From IMG/VR virus record IMGVR_UViG_3300008262_000052: DNA of 64,000 nucleotides; one strand, 5' to 3'. This document shows positions 46,442-55,578 of the stretch, in pieces. Both the position numbers and the translations under genes were made by a program. Under the pieces are notes generated by a model, which saw only the letters and a program-made list of their open reading frames with translations, ran no database searches and was not told the origin of the DNA. Source of the DNA: a virus. Taxonomy: Duplodnaviria; Heunggongvirae; Uroviricota; Caudoviricetes. Each line of letters starts with the position of its first letter. Within the stretch, counting starts at the first letter, position 1.

Positions 46442-46517
46442 ACTTCCGTAGCTCAACTGGAAGAGCGCCACCCTACGAAGGTGATTGTTGCAGGTTCGAG
46501 TCCTGCCGGGAGTGCCA
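46442..46517 (+). tRNA. tRNA-Arg(ACG)
   Basis: Anticodon arm CCACC-CTACGAA-GGTGA. T-arm GCAGG-TTCGAGT-CCTGC. CCA encoded. Confidence 0.8.
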
Positions 46518-46565
46518 AAGTTAAACTGTACTATTTCTATCTAGACCTATTCTATAAATATTTTT

Positions 46566-47084
46566 ATGATGAGGGCTATGTTACTAACAGTACTGTTACT
46601 ATCAGTATCTGCTTGTGCAAAAATTCAATTGTTTACTACTTCACCGACACCGCCAGAACCATTGGTTGCTGCAACAGAAAAACTAGGGTGGAGTGAAAAG
46701 AGTCATAGAGCAGAAATAAAAGATTTTATCGGTGTTGATCCAGTTGCCACTGAATGGTGTGCTGCATTTGTAAATGCAGTGCTTGCAGAAACTGGATTAC
46801 CTGGGTCTGATGAATATGCAGAACATCCTCTACTGGCAAGAAGTTTTCTTGATTGGGGCGTAGAAGTAGACGAACCAGAATCAGGTGATGTTGTTGTGTT
46901 TAAGCGTGGCAATGCCAATTGGAAAGGTCATGTTGGATTCTTTGTAACTTCAACCTATCACAATGGTCAAGAATACTATTTGGTGCTTGGTGGAAATCAA
47001 GATAACAGTGTTAACTTTAGTGCATATCCTGTTAGAAAATTGCTAGCAGTGAGAAGATACCCATTCGAAGACGAATTAGAATAG
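46566..47084 (+). CDS. lipoprotein CHAP/NlpC-P60-like peptidoglycan hydrolase (TIGR02594-like)
   Basis: Lipobox LSVSAC. Candidate catalytic Cys in EWCAAFVNAVL and His in GHVGFFV. GDVVVFKRG. Confidence 0.55.
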   Translation: MMRAMLLTVLLLSVSACAKIQLFTTSPTPPEPLVAATEKLGWSEKSHRAEIKDFIGVDPVATEWCAAFVNAVLAETGLPGSDEYAEHPLLARSFLDWGVEVDEPESGDVVVFKRGNANWKGHVGFFVTSTYHNGQEYYLVLGGNQDNSVNFSAYPVRKLLAVRRYPFEDELE

Positions 47085-47360
47085 GCTGAGTTCAGTGTTT
47101 CTCGAGATAAACTGTTCCAGCAGATCATCGGCCCGCCCCACCGCGCCGCCTCGGCAAACGTCAACATGCGTGGCAAGAAAACTAAACATATAAGCTGCTG
47201 GTGCTGTATATGCGTTGACATGCGTGAAAAGATCATGTATAGTATACACAAGAAATAAATAAGAGATAAAGAATAGGTGGCGGCAACCACCGTGGCAACT
47301 GACCTTTTGTTGCAGTAACTTCGATGTCGTTGTCGAGATATAGAAAAGTGCTGCAATGAT

Positions 47361-47430
47361 CGTGTGTATCGTCTAGAGGATAGGACGCCGGCGTGGAGTC
47401 GGAGACAAGGGTTCGAGTCCCTTTGCACTT
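47361..47430 (+). pseudogene. degenerate tRNA-like element (tRNA-Glu-type scaffold)
   Basis: ATCGTCTAGAGGATAGGAC...AAGGG-TTCGAGT-CCCTT mirrors the D and T arms of alphaproteobacterial tRNA-Glu. The anticodon and acceptor stems do not pair properly. Confidence 0.3.
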
Positions 47431-47451
47431 TGTCAGTTGTCAGAAATTTAG

Positions 47452-47527
47452 CCTTCGTAGCTCAACTGGAAGAGCAAGGGATTTCTACTCCCTAGGTTGT
47501 GGGTTCGACTCCTGCCGGGGGCACCAA
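47452..47527 (+). tRNA. tRNA-Arg(TCT)
   Basis: Anticodon arm AGGGA-TTTCTAC-TCCCT. D-arm GCTC-AACTGGAA-GAGC. CCA encoded. Confidence 0.8.
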
Positions 47528-47539
47528 ATAAATACTACG

Positions 47540-47615
47540 CTTCCGTAACTCAGCGGTCAGAGTGCCACGCTTCGAACGTGGTGGTCGAGGGTTCGAATCC
47601 TTCCGGGAGCTCCAT
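47540..47615 (+). tRNA. tRNA-Arg(TCG)
   Basis: Anticodon arm CCACG-CTTCGAA-CGTGG. T-arm GAGGG-TTCGAAT-CCTTC. CCA encoded. Confidence 0.75.
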
Positions 47616-47629
47616 ACAAGAGGAAAGAA

Positions 47630-47848
47630 ATGAAAAAGTCAGAGTATCTAAAACCTATTCCTACTCGAATTCTAGTTTCGTGGCGCGAAAAGGCCGAAAC
47701 TGGTGGTGGAGGAACATATACTGCATTTGATTATAAAACTGCAAGAGCAATGATTTTTTCATTGCCTGAACTTGATGCAGAACTAATCACACGAGACGAT
47801 TTTGTAAAAAAAGAAACAAAATCAAAAAAAATACGCAAAGCCGCATAA
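47630..47848 (+). CDS. hypothetical protein
   Basis: 72 aa ORF with GGGG stretch. Confidence 0.4.
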   Translation: MKKSEYLKPIPTRILVSWREKAETGGGGTYTAFDYKTARAMIFSLPELDAELITRDDFVKKETKSKKIRKAA

Positions 47849-47858
47849 GGGCATAAAA

Positions 47859-48509
47859 ATGACACTGACAAGACTAATTGGCGACATTCATGGACTGGTT
47901 AACGATTATAAAACCTATGCCATCGACCGGTTCGAAGGTCCTACAATCCAAATCGGCGACTTCGGTGTAGGTTTTGGTCAAAGTGACTACTGGCACGAAA
48001 GCATCAACGACTATCACACTGCTGGCAATCATCGCTTTATCCGTGGCAACCACGACAATCCTTCTAAGTGTAAGGAGATGAGCGGTTGGATCAAAGACGG
48101 TACTGTTGAAAACGATGTAATGTTCATCGGTGGTGCTTGGAGCATTGATAACCCCGATGCACCTCCTGGTTGGTACAAGCGTACTGCTGGTTATGATTGG
48201 TGGCCTGAGGAAGAACTCAGCCAAGAAGAACTAGAGCGTATGATTGACATTTACAGCACTGTTCGGCCACGTGTGATGATCACACACGATTGTCCAAACA
48301 CTGTCAGTCGAGAAATGTTCTTCAACAGTGGTTTGCTCAAAGGACCCGAATATCCTAACCGTACCAGTGCTGCATTTACACGTATGTTGGCTATTCATCA
48401 GCCTGAAGAATGGTACTTTGGACATTGGCACAAAACCATGCAGTACAAGTACGGACGTACCCATTTCCATTGTATTGGCATTCTTGACTATGTGGATGTA
48501 GAACTTTAA
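47859..48509 (+). CDS. metallophosphoesterase (calcineurin-like Ser/Thr phosphatase family)
   Basis: GDIHG ... GDFGVG ... GNHRFIRGNHD motif series. Confidence 0.7.
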   Translation: MTLTRLIGDIHGLVNDYKTYAIDRFEGPTIQIGDFGVGFGQSDYWHESINDYHTAGNHRFIRGNHDNPSKCKEMSGWIKDGTVENDVMFIGGAWSIDNPDAPPGWYKRTAGYDWWPEEELSQEELERMIDIYSTVRPRVMITHDCPNTVSREMFFNSGLLKGPEYPNRTSAAFTRMLAIHQPEEWYFGHWHKTMQYKYGRTHFHCIGILDYVDVEL

Positions 48510-48510
48510 C

Positions 48511-48539
48511 TTGACAAACACCTACACTAGCAGTATATT
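48511..48539 (+). promoter_or_regulatory. sigma70-like promoter TTGACA-N17-TATATT
   Basis: Upstream of the 48569 gene. Confidence 0.55.
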
Positions 48540-48568
48540 GTTAGTGTAGGTTTTTTATTGAGGACAAA

Positions 48569-48943
48569 ATGGAACCAAGATTTTACATCGTTATGCGTCG
48601 CGACCTGTGGGATATGAACCCAGGTAAGGCTATGGCACAGGCTGCCCATGCTCAGGCAGACTTCGACTCACAGATTCCCGACGTTTTTGAATTTCGTGAT
48701 GCTGTAATAGCATGGCGTGAAGATCGCAACTTCGGTACTACACTAGTTTTGCACGAGCCCATGGATGTCATGAGCAAGATCTCAATGAATGTTGCACACT
48801 GGGGATTTACTACAGATCCTACATATCCATACCGCAACTACTACGGTGATGTGTTTACTCGTAGTGAAGTTACCTGCATGTGGGTGTTTGTTTATAAAGA
48901 AGAAGAACTGGAATACATGCGTCAATTTGCACTGCACAAATAG
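48569..48943 (+). CDS. peptidyl-tRNA hydrolase, PTH2-family-like
   Basis: FYIVMRRDLWDMNPGKAMAQAAHA matches the PTH2 signature V.R.DL.M..GK.AAQ..HA. Confidence 0.55.
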   Translation: MEPRFYIVMRRDLWDMNPGKAMAQAAHAQADFDSQIPDVFEFRDAVIAWREDRNFGTTLVLHEPMDVMSKISMNVAHWGFTTDPTYPYRNYYGDVFTRSEVTCMWVFVYKEEELEYMRQFALHK

Positions 48944-48946
48944 AAG

Positions 48947-48974
48947 TTGACAAAATCCTAAACTGTCGTATATT
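48947..48974 (+). promoter_or_regulatory. sigma70-like promoter TTGACA-N16-TATATT
   Basis: Upstream of the 49003 gene. Confidence 0.5.
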
Positions 48975-49002
48975 AATACATAGGCAATAGAAAGGCACTA
49001 AC

Positions 49003-49317
49003 ATGAAACTGAAAACCAAACTTCACCGTGTTGCTGTTACGCTGGCACTGATTCTAATGTATTCGGGTGTTTCAGCAGAAACCATTTATTACCCAGCGAA
49101 GCCCTGCAAAGAGATTGTGTCTTGGGAATTTAGTTCGGGCAATGGTGACTCTACTATCAATCAGGTAGATTTGCTTTGCCGCGATGAATCAGGCAAGTAC
49201 ACTGGCTTTGTAGGCCAATGGGGTAGCGTTGCAGGCCTGTTTGGTATGGGTCGTTGGAGTTCTCCGGAAACTTTTGACTTTGTTCCTACCAACGAAAACA
49301 AGGTTCGTGTAGAATAA
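49003..49317 (+). CDS. secreted hypothetical protein
   Basis: Signal peptide MKLKTKLHRVAVTLALILMYSGVSA. Confidence 0.45.
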   Translation: MKLKTKLHRVAVTLALILMYSGVSAETIYYPAKPCKEIVSWEFSSGNGDSTINQVDLLCRDESGKYTGFVGQWGSVAGLFGMGRWSSPETFDFVPTNENKVRVE

Positions 49318-49417
49318 TGGCACTCGGTATTGCCATGATAGTTGCTTACATTCCACTGTTTTGGTGGATAGTTAAAGAAATAATCCACCAAAACAAAGAT
49401 AAGAATCGGCATTGAGG

Positions 49418-49446
49418 TTGACACACTGTTTACCTTATGCTATAAA
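49418..49446 (+). promoter_or_regulatory. sigma70-like promoter TTGACA-N17-TATAAA
   Basis: Upstream of the 49465 gene. Confidence 0.55.
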
Positions 49447-49464
49447 CACACATAGGGTAATAAA

Positions 49465-49926
49465 ATGAGGGATAAAATGCTAGTTGTTTTTGATATCGAC
49501 GGCACACTGGCTAACATCGAACACCGGCTGGACTACGTTCGTAGCAAGCCAAAGAACTGGAAGGCATTTGATGCTGGTATTCCAAACGATGCTGTGAATC
49601 CATATGTTGCAGAAGCATTTCACTCGCTGAAGGCTGCTGGTAACGAAATCATCTTTGCAAGCGGACGCAACGAGCGTAGTCGTGATGCTACTATGAAGTG
49701 GTTGCAGGACAACCGCTTTTGGAACTACACTGCCAAACTGTACATGCGTAAGGCAGACGACTTCCGTGGTGACGATATTGTCAAGCGTGAAATCCTTGAC
49801 GAGATCATTGCTGACTACGGCCGTAAGCCTGACATGGTGTTTGACGATCGTCCGCGAGTTGTTCGTATGTGGCGTGAAGAAGGTATCTTTGTTTTCAACG
49901 TATACCAAGGTGATGAGGACTTCTAA
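49465..49926 (+). CDS. HAD-family phosphatase (polynucleotide 3'-phosphatase-like)
   Basis: VVFDIDGTL (HAD motif I DxDGT). 153 aa. Confidence 0.6.
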   Translation: MRDKMLVVFDIDGTLANIEHRLDYVRSKPKNWKAFDAGIPNDAVNPYVAEAFHSLKAAGNEIIFASGRNERSRDATMKWLQDNRFWNYTAKLYMRKADDFRGDDIVKREILDEIIADYGRKPDMVFDDRPRVVRMWREEGIFVFNVYQGDEDF

Positions 49927-49997
49927 ACAACTTTTCTATTTACATTCGTTTAGAATCAGTGTATTCTATATCTGTAGGAAACAAAAGGAACACGACA

Positions 49998-50189
49998 ATG
50001 ACTACCTTTAATAGCCTCGAAGAAGTCAAAACTGCAATCTGCGGTATGACTAATGAAGAACTCGCTCAGCTGATTAAACTCGCAGAGTCACAGTACGACT
50101 CGAATAACATTACCAAGGCGCAGGCGATGGAGGCGATCGAATACGCTCTTGCTACGCTCCTTGGCCGCGTTCATCTCGTTCGTCACTGA
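49998..50189 (+). CDS. hypothetical protein
   Basis: Start at the ATG after the AAAGGA SD (internal Met of ORF 49959). Confidence 0.4.
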   Translation: MTTFNSLEEVKTAICGMTNEELAQLIKLAESQYDSNNITKAQAMEAIEYALATLLGRVHLVRH

Positions 50190-50215
50190 TACATAAATAG
50201 AAAAGGAATAACCTA

Positions 50216-50425
50216 ATGTCTCAATCTAACGATAGACGTCATGGTGGACCCTACGATCGCGGTGGTGCTGATAGTTACTACCGTCGTCCATGTGTTCCTC
50301 ACTACTACGTTGGTGGCACTGGAACCAGCGAATTAGTTCCTGAAGATCGCATGACATCCGATGAAATCGAAGCATATATGGCTGGTTTCAAAGATAACGA
50401 AGCGATGGGAAACTTTAAGTATTGA
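50216..50425 (+). CDS. hypothetical Gly/Arg/Tyr-rich protein
   Basis: 69 aa ORF. Confidence 0.4.
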   Translation: MSQSNDRRHGGPYDRGGADSYYRRPCVPHYYVGGTGTSELVPEDRMTSDEIEAYMAGFKDNEAMGNFKY

Positions 50426-50436
50426 TTGGAGAAAAC

Positions 50437-50940
50437 ATGCCTACTTGTACTGTGATGGTCGGTCTACCCGCTACCGGTAAGAGCACTCTCATTCAGAGAA
50501 TGATCTCTGAAGACACTTGGATCTACAGCACCGATATGTATATCGATACGGTTGCTGAAGACAACGGCATCACTTATAACGAGGCGTTTTCTTTAAACAT
50601 TAAGGCTGCGACGGAGTTCAACGAACGGAAGTTGAACTCGATAGTTACTCTTCGTAAGGATGTCATCTGGGATCAGACCAACCTTGGTGTTGGCAAGCGT
50701 CGTAAGATCATTAATCGTATGCGTAACGCTGGCTATCGTGTTGAGTGCGAGTGCATCCTCTTGCCAGCGGGTGATAGCCAGTGGGAAGATTGGCAGCACC
50801 GTATGGCTAGCCGTCCAGGCAAAACTATTCCTGATCATGTAATTGAATCAATGATGGATAGTTTTGTTCGCCCTACTGTTGACGAAGGATTCGATGCTGT
50901 TCGCTGCTACGACATGTATGGCAACAGAATCAGTGATTGA
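50437..50940 (+). CDS. P-loop kinase (polynucleotide kinase-like)
   Basis: Walker A GLPATGKST. Start at the ATG after the GGAG SD. Located between the HAD phosphatase and the RNA ligase. Confidence 0.6.
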   Translation: MPTCTVMVGLPATGKSTLIQRMISEDTWIYSTDMYIDTVAEDNGITYNEAFSLNIKAATEFNERKLNSIVTLRKDVIWDQTNLGVGKRRKIINRMRNAGYRVECECILLPAGDSQWEDWQHRMASRPGKTIPDHVIESMMDSFVRPTVDEGFDAVRCYDMYGNRISD

Positions 50941-50965
50941 CAACTGCCTATCCTTGTGCTATAAC
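50937..50965 (+). promoter_or_regulatory. sigma70-like promoter TTGACA-N17-TATAAC
   Basis: Upstream of rnlA. Confidence 0.55.
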
Positions 50966-50996
50966 ACTAGGGTAGGTGATACACAAGGATAAAATC

Positions 50997-52130
50997 ATGA
51001 ACTACCGTTTTCCTCTGATCCGTCACATCAGTGATGTGCTGCCGCACGTAGAAGGCCGTGACGAATTTGTCGTAGCCGAACGTGAAGGCTATACTGTGGT
51101 CAACTATGTGGTGGCTATGGCCGATACCTTTGACATGACTGGCCCAGACGACTTGGGCGGTGCGATTCGTCGTGAATGCCGTGGTCTTATCTTTGGTCCT
51201 GATGGTGCTCTTATGAGCCGTCCGTTCCACAAGTTCTTCAACGTGAACGAGCGTGAAGAGACTCAAACTCATACTGTGGACATGTCGCAGCCTCATGTAA
51301 TCATGGAAAAGATGGATGGTAGTATGATCCGTCCGATCTTGGTTGATGGGCACCTGCGACTGGCTACCAAAATGGGAGTGACGTCGGTTGCTATGGATGC
51401 CGAGGCGTGGCTTGCTGCTCAGGACCGCAGATTGAAGGAATGGCTTCGCACTATGGTTGATCTTGGATTAACTCCGCTGTTTGAGTGGGTAAGCCCATTT
51501 AACCAGATTGTGCTGGCTTATGAGGCAGCAGACCTTGTGTATCTTGGTACTCGTGACAACTTGACTGGCGAATATGCAATGGATATCTCTTGTCCGTTCA
51601 ACACTGTTACGCAGTATGGTAGTGTAGCAGGCAATCTTGTTGACTACATTGCTCGTCAGCGTGGTGCAGAAGGTCGTGAAGGCGACATCATCCGCTTTGC
51701 AGATGGTCACATGTGCAAAATCAAGAACGACTGGTACGTGCGTATTCACAAGACTGTGGATCGTATTGTGTTTGATCGTAACATTGTGAACTTGATCCTC
51801 AACGAAGAAGTTGATGATGTTGTTCCTATGTTGCCTAAAGTGCAGGCAGATCGTGTGCGTGACTTTGAACGCAGATTTGCAGAACGTTTGCACAACACTG
51901 TGGAAAAGTATGATCGTTACTGGAACACTGTTGTTGCGTCAGGACTTGATCGCAAGCGTTATGCACAGGAGTGGATGCCTACGATCAAGAACCGCGATCC
52001 GTTTGCGGCTGTGTATGTGTTTGGTCGTTTTGGTGATCGTGACGGTCGTGCTATGATATTGGATCACATTGAAAAGTCAATCACTACCAACGTTCGTTGG
52101 GATGAATGTGCTGCTTGGATGGGAATGTAA
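50997..52130 (+). CDS. rnlA: RNA ligase 1 (T4 RnlA family)
   Basis: ECRGLIFGPDGALMSRPFHKFFNVNE matches T4 Rnl1 [36 protein letters not shown] is the ligase KxDG motif. REGDIIRFADGHMCKIKNDWYVRIH matches [25 protein letters not shown]. Confidence 0.9.
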   Translation: MNYRFPLIRHISDVLPHVEGRDEFVVAEREGYTVVNYVVAMADTFDMTGPDDLGGAIRRECRGLIFGPDGALMSRPFHKFFNVNEREETQTHTVDMSQPHVIMEKMDGSMIRPILVDGHLRLATKMGVTSVAMDAEAWLAAQDRRLKEWLRTMVDLGLTPLFEWVSPFNQIVLAYEAADLVYLGTRDNLTGEYAMDISCPFNTVTQYGSVAGNLVDYIARQRGAEGREGDIIRFADGHMCKIKNDWYVRIHKTVDRIVFDRNIVNLILNEEVDDVVPMLPKVQADRVRDFERRFAERLHNTVEKYDRYWNTVVASGLDRKRYAQEWMPTIKNRDPFAAVYVFGRFGDRDGRAMILDHIEKSITTNVRWDECAAWMGM

Positions 52131-52131
52131 A

Positions 52132-52491
52132 ATGACCTGGACACTGTTTTTAGATGACATTCGCTTCCCCGGTGATGTGCGTTACAACTACGGACCTTAC
52201 AAAAACGTAGTGATCTGCCGCAGCATGGATGATGCTGTTTGGTGTGTGGAAAAGTATGGCTTGCCCACTATGATCAGTTTTGACCATGACTTGGCAGACG
52301 AACATTACGAAAAAGACACAGGCGAGAAAACTGGCTACACCTTTGCCAAATGGTTTTGTGACCATGTGATGGATAACAAACTACGGTTGCCTGTGGGATT
52401 TGGATATCATGTTCATAGTATGAATCCCGTAGGAGCAGAGAACATTCGCAAGTATATGGAAAACTTTTTGAAGGCTTATGACCATGATTAA
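52132..52491 (+). CDS. hypothetical protein
   Basis: Start at the ATG immediately after the rnlA stop. Confidence 0.4.
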   Translation: MTWTLFLDDIRFPGDVRYNYGPYKNVVICRSMDDAVWCVEKYGLPTMISFDHDLADEHYEKDTGEKTGYTFAKWFCDHVMDNKLRLPVGFGYHVHSMNPVGAENIRKYMENFLKAYDHD

Positions 52492-52617
52492 AAAAATTAT
52501 TGAGTTTCCTTACTTTGTTTTCTATGCTGCTGGTATGATTTTAGGTCCAGCATTTTGGTATGTGATCAGTGCTATAGGTCTTGTGTTTGCTTTTGGAATC
52601 GTATTAGGAGTAATGCT

Positions 52618-52902
52618 ATGACTGACTGGGAAACACTGTTGAAGCCTTGTGCTTGTGAACCGCAATACACCATCGAACTGCATGGCGACGGGTATGCTCT
52701 CTACTATGGTCGTTGCGTTCACCGGCACGGCTGGAACTTGGCTTACTTGAAGGAACCCTCTGCCAACTGTGATCTTGCTCACGTTGAATACTTGATCAAC
52801 CTTGGTGCAGAGCAATACAAGAAAACGTTTGATGACCGAGAATATCATGAACGATTTAAGACGGTCAAAGAGTCTAATTTAATTGGAGATAACAATGATT
52901 GA
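52618..52902 (+). CDS. hypothetical Cys/His-rich protein
   Basis: Start after the AGGAG SD. CACEP...CVHRH motifs. Confidence 0.35.
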   Translation: MTDWETLLKPCACEPQYTIELHGDGYALYYGRCVHRHGWNLAYLKEPSANCDLAHVEYLINLGAEQYKKTFDDREYHERFKTVKESNLIGDNND

Positions 52903-53291
52903 ATGTTTGATTTTAGGCGATAGTATTGCAGTTGGCATCGGCCAGATGCGGCCAGAATGTGTTGTGCAGGCTAAATCGGGTATCAATTCCTTATGCCAAC
53001 GGCTTGTATAGACATTTTGTGTTAACTGAATCCAAAAAGACCATTATTAGTCTAGGTTCCAATGATGGCTACGTAGAGTCCTATGGGCCAATGCTGGCCT
53101 TGCGTGAACTTATCTCGGGTGACGTTATTTGGATTCTCAGTGCAAACAACGAAGAATCTAGGTATGCTGCACTTGTCATTGCTAAACAGTTTGGTGACAG
53201 TGTCGTAGATACTAGGGCATATCCAATGAGCAAGGACGGTGTACATCCAACAGGAAACGGATACAAAATGATTGCCAAGGAAACAAAGTAG
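52895..53291 (+). pseudogene. frameshifted SGNH/GDSL hydrolase
   Basis: Frame 2 encodes MIECLILGDSIAVGIG (GDSL block I) and stops at 53011. Frame 0 continues with SLGSNDG (block III) and DGVHPTGNGYKMIA (block V DGxHP). The two halves together make one SGNH hydrolase split by a frameshift near 53000. Confidence 0.5.
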
Positions 53292-53302
53292 TAGGAGTTA
53301 AA

Positions 53303-53665
53303 ATGATCAAATTTAACACTTTAAAGTTTGGCGATAAAGTTTATATTGCCGACGAAAAAAACAATGCATTTACAAAAAATAAAATCAAAACTGTAATTGA
53401 TGGTGTTGAATGGTTTCGGTATGATCGAGATCATTGGGAATATAACATCATCGTTATCGAATATTGCGGCAAGGTAACACACATCGAAGAAGGCGATGTT
53501 CGTTTTGATGAAGATCGTATCACCGAATACCATTTCCGCTATCCAGATGGACAGATCTATGATGAGTGGGCGGGCGAGGACGAACATCATCTAGAACATT
53601 GGTTCTATACAAAAGATGAAGCAGAAGAATACATCAACCGTTGTAAGGCAAAAAGAAACGACTAA
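53303..53665 (+). CDS. hypothetical protein
   Basis: 120 aa ORF, RBS GGAG. Confidence 0.45.
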   Translation: MIKFNTLKFGDKVYIADEKNNAFTKNKIKTVIDGVEWFRYDRDHWEYNIIVIEYCGKVTHIEEGDVRFDEDRITEYHFRYPDGQIYDEWAGEDEHHLEHWFYTKDEAEEYINRCKAKRND

Positions 53666-54173
53666 GATTGTCCGGTCTTAGTATTAGGCACAACTAGGCA
53701 AGCAAAGGCTATATACAGCACAGTTTAGCCGTAAGGTCACCTTGAGCCCGCAGATGCGGTTGGATCTGGTGGTGTTCCTGGCGTGGTTCTCGCACGCCTT
53801 GTAAGTCCGTAATTCGTGTCTCCGTGACTGGAGAAAATGAGTAGGCTCTCCTGACGTTTGGAACCTACAGACAGCAAAACAATTGCTCATATTATTGTTT
53901 TGCGAATCCGCGTTGTAATTAAGCACAAAGTAAAAAGGTACAGCACAACCGCCTTTTCCTTACACAGTAGGTTTTTGAATATGAGTGTGATGAAAGAACT
54001 CAGATAGAGTCTTACTTGCCTTAGCCTGTAAGAAGGCTAAGTGTGAATCCAAATCTAGATAGAATCTCTCTAAAAGAATAATATGTTAAGGATTGAGCCT
54101 GCGAAAGACTTAACTGATCAACTACGTTGATCACACTATAATAATTCAAAATGGATTTAAGGCAAGTTCTGAC

Positions 54174-54202
54174 TTGACAGAACTGTGATTGAGTTGTATG
54201 TT
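54174..54202 (+). promoter_or_regulatory. sigma70-like promoter TTGACA-N17-TATGTT
   Basis: Upstream of the small ORF at 54224. Confidence 0.55.
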
Positions 54203-54223
54203 GAATCATAGAGAGGTATACTT

Positions 54224-54352
54224 ATGGGAATTAACATTCACGTTTACAGTTATTGGGGTGATAATCATGCAGTAGCCGCAGCAATGTTAGAAATTGCAGA
54301 TGTATTAGACGAATGGAGTCGAGAAGGAAAGTACAAAGATGTTGACATTTAA
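54224..54352 (+). CDS. small protein (42 aa)
   Basis: SD AGAGAGG then ATG. Overlaps the next gene start. Confidence 0.3.
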   Translation: MGINIHVYSYWGDNHAVAAAMLEIADVLDEWSREGKYKDVDI

Positions 54353-54827
54353 AGATATCGAAAGTATGCTAGAAGAAGAATACGAGAAACTAGAAGCAGA
54401 TTTTATTAGAAAGGAGTTTGCTATGTTAACCTATCAACAGCAACAGACTCATAAGAGTGATCTCAAAAGCCGTGCCAAAGGCAAACTCAAGAAGCACTAT
54501 ATCATTCGTGAGAGTGCTATTAAAAAGTTGCCTGCTGACATTCGCAAAGATTACGAGATCTCATTCAAGCCTCTTACCAAAGATTACTTTGAGCGTAGAA
54601 AAACTTTCTTTTATCTTAAGAACAAAAAGTATCTGGGTGATCAATATGCAATGCATGACTATCCTAAGGATATGTTGCAGCGTATTACCAACATTCCTCT
54701 GTGGAGCACTGACTACTTGAACTGGTTGATTCGCTACAACGAAAACAACGAAATGGTAGTTCGTGCTGGTATTCGTCAACCGGAAAGCAGACTGGTACTT
54801 GGTGTGTTCAAACTAAAAGGAGATTAA
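54339..54827 (+). CDS. hypothetical protein
   Basis: 162 aa ORF. Confidence 0.5.
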   Translation: MLTFKDIESMLEEEYEKLEADFIRKEFAMLTYQQQQTHKSDLKSRAKGKLKKHYIIRESAIKKLPADIRKDYEISFKPLTKDYFERRKTFFYLKNKKYLGDQYAMHDYPKDMLQRITNIPLWSTDYLNWLIRYNENNEMVVRAGIRQPESRLVLGVFKLKGD

Positions 54828-54828
54828 C

Positions 54829-55377
54829 ATGAGTGATATTTGGGTAATCAGTGATACACACTTCAATCACGCAAATATTCTAACGTTTACAGACAGCACC
54901 ACTGGCAAACTCGTCCGTGGTGCTAGATTCTCCTCTGTAAAGGAAATGGATGACTACATGGTTGAACAGTGGAACAGCCGTGTGAAACCCGGTGACAAAG
55001 TATATCACTTGGGTGACGTGATGTTTGGCGACCGTGAATACTTTCAAAAGTTGTGGCCTAAACTGCATGGCCAAAAGCGGCTGATTGTGGGCAATCACGA
55101 TGACATCAAGTATTTGAGCAGCGGCGGATTCTTCTCCAAAGTTCACATGTGGCGTATGTTCTCTGAATTTGGCTTGCTACTAACACACGTTCCTGTTCAT
55201 CCTAGCAACTTACGGGTTTTTGTTGCAGAAGGTGATGTAGGAACAGTTCAAAAGACATTCCTTAATGTCCACGGACATATCCATCAAAACCCTAGTCCAG
55301 AAGGACCATATCGCAATATGAGTGTAGAAGCCGTTGACTACACGCCCGTTAACATTGAAGAATTGAGGATTAAGTAA
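54829..55377 (+). CDS. metallophosphoesterase
   Basis: ISDTHFNH ... GDVMFGD ... GNHDD motif series. Second phosphoesterase in the window. Confidence 0.7.
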   Translation: MSDIWVISDTHFNHANILTFTDSTTGKLVRGARFSSVKEMDDYMVEQWNSRVKPGDKVYHLGDVMFGDREYFQKLWPKLHGQKRLIVGNHDDIKYLSSGGFFSKVHMWRMFSEFGLLLTHVPVHPSNLRVFVAEGDVGTVQKTFLNVHGHIHQNPSPEGPYRNMSVEAVDYTPVNIEELRIK

Positions 55378-55542
55378 ATGCTGGAAATCGTTCTATGGTA
55401 TGTGTTGCCTAACATTGCACTGTTTGGTGGCATCTATGTTGTTTGCCGAGTTGTTGAAAATGCTGTTCAAGATCATATCGACAACTATGACAAATATCAA
55501 CAAAAACTTCTTGACTTCAAGAAGAAACTAAAGTATACATAA
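55378..55542 (+). CDS. small membrane protein (54 aa)
   Basis: ATG fused to the upstream stop (TAAATG). TM helix IVLWYVLPNIALFGGIYVV. Confidence 0.35.
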   Translation: MLEIVLWYVLPNIALFGGIYVVCRVVENAVQDHIDNYDKYQQKLLDFKKKLKYT

Positions 55543-55578
55543 AACACTTAAACGACACCGTAACAAAAGGAGATATAC

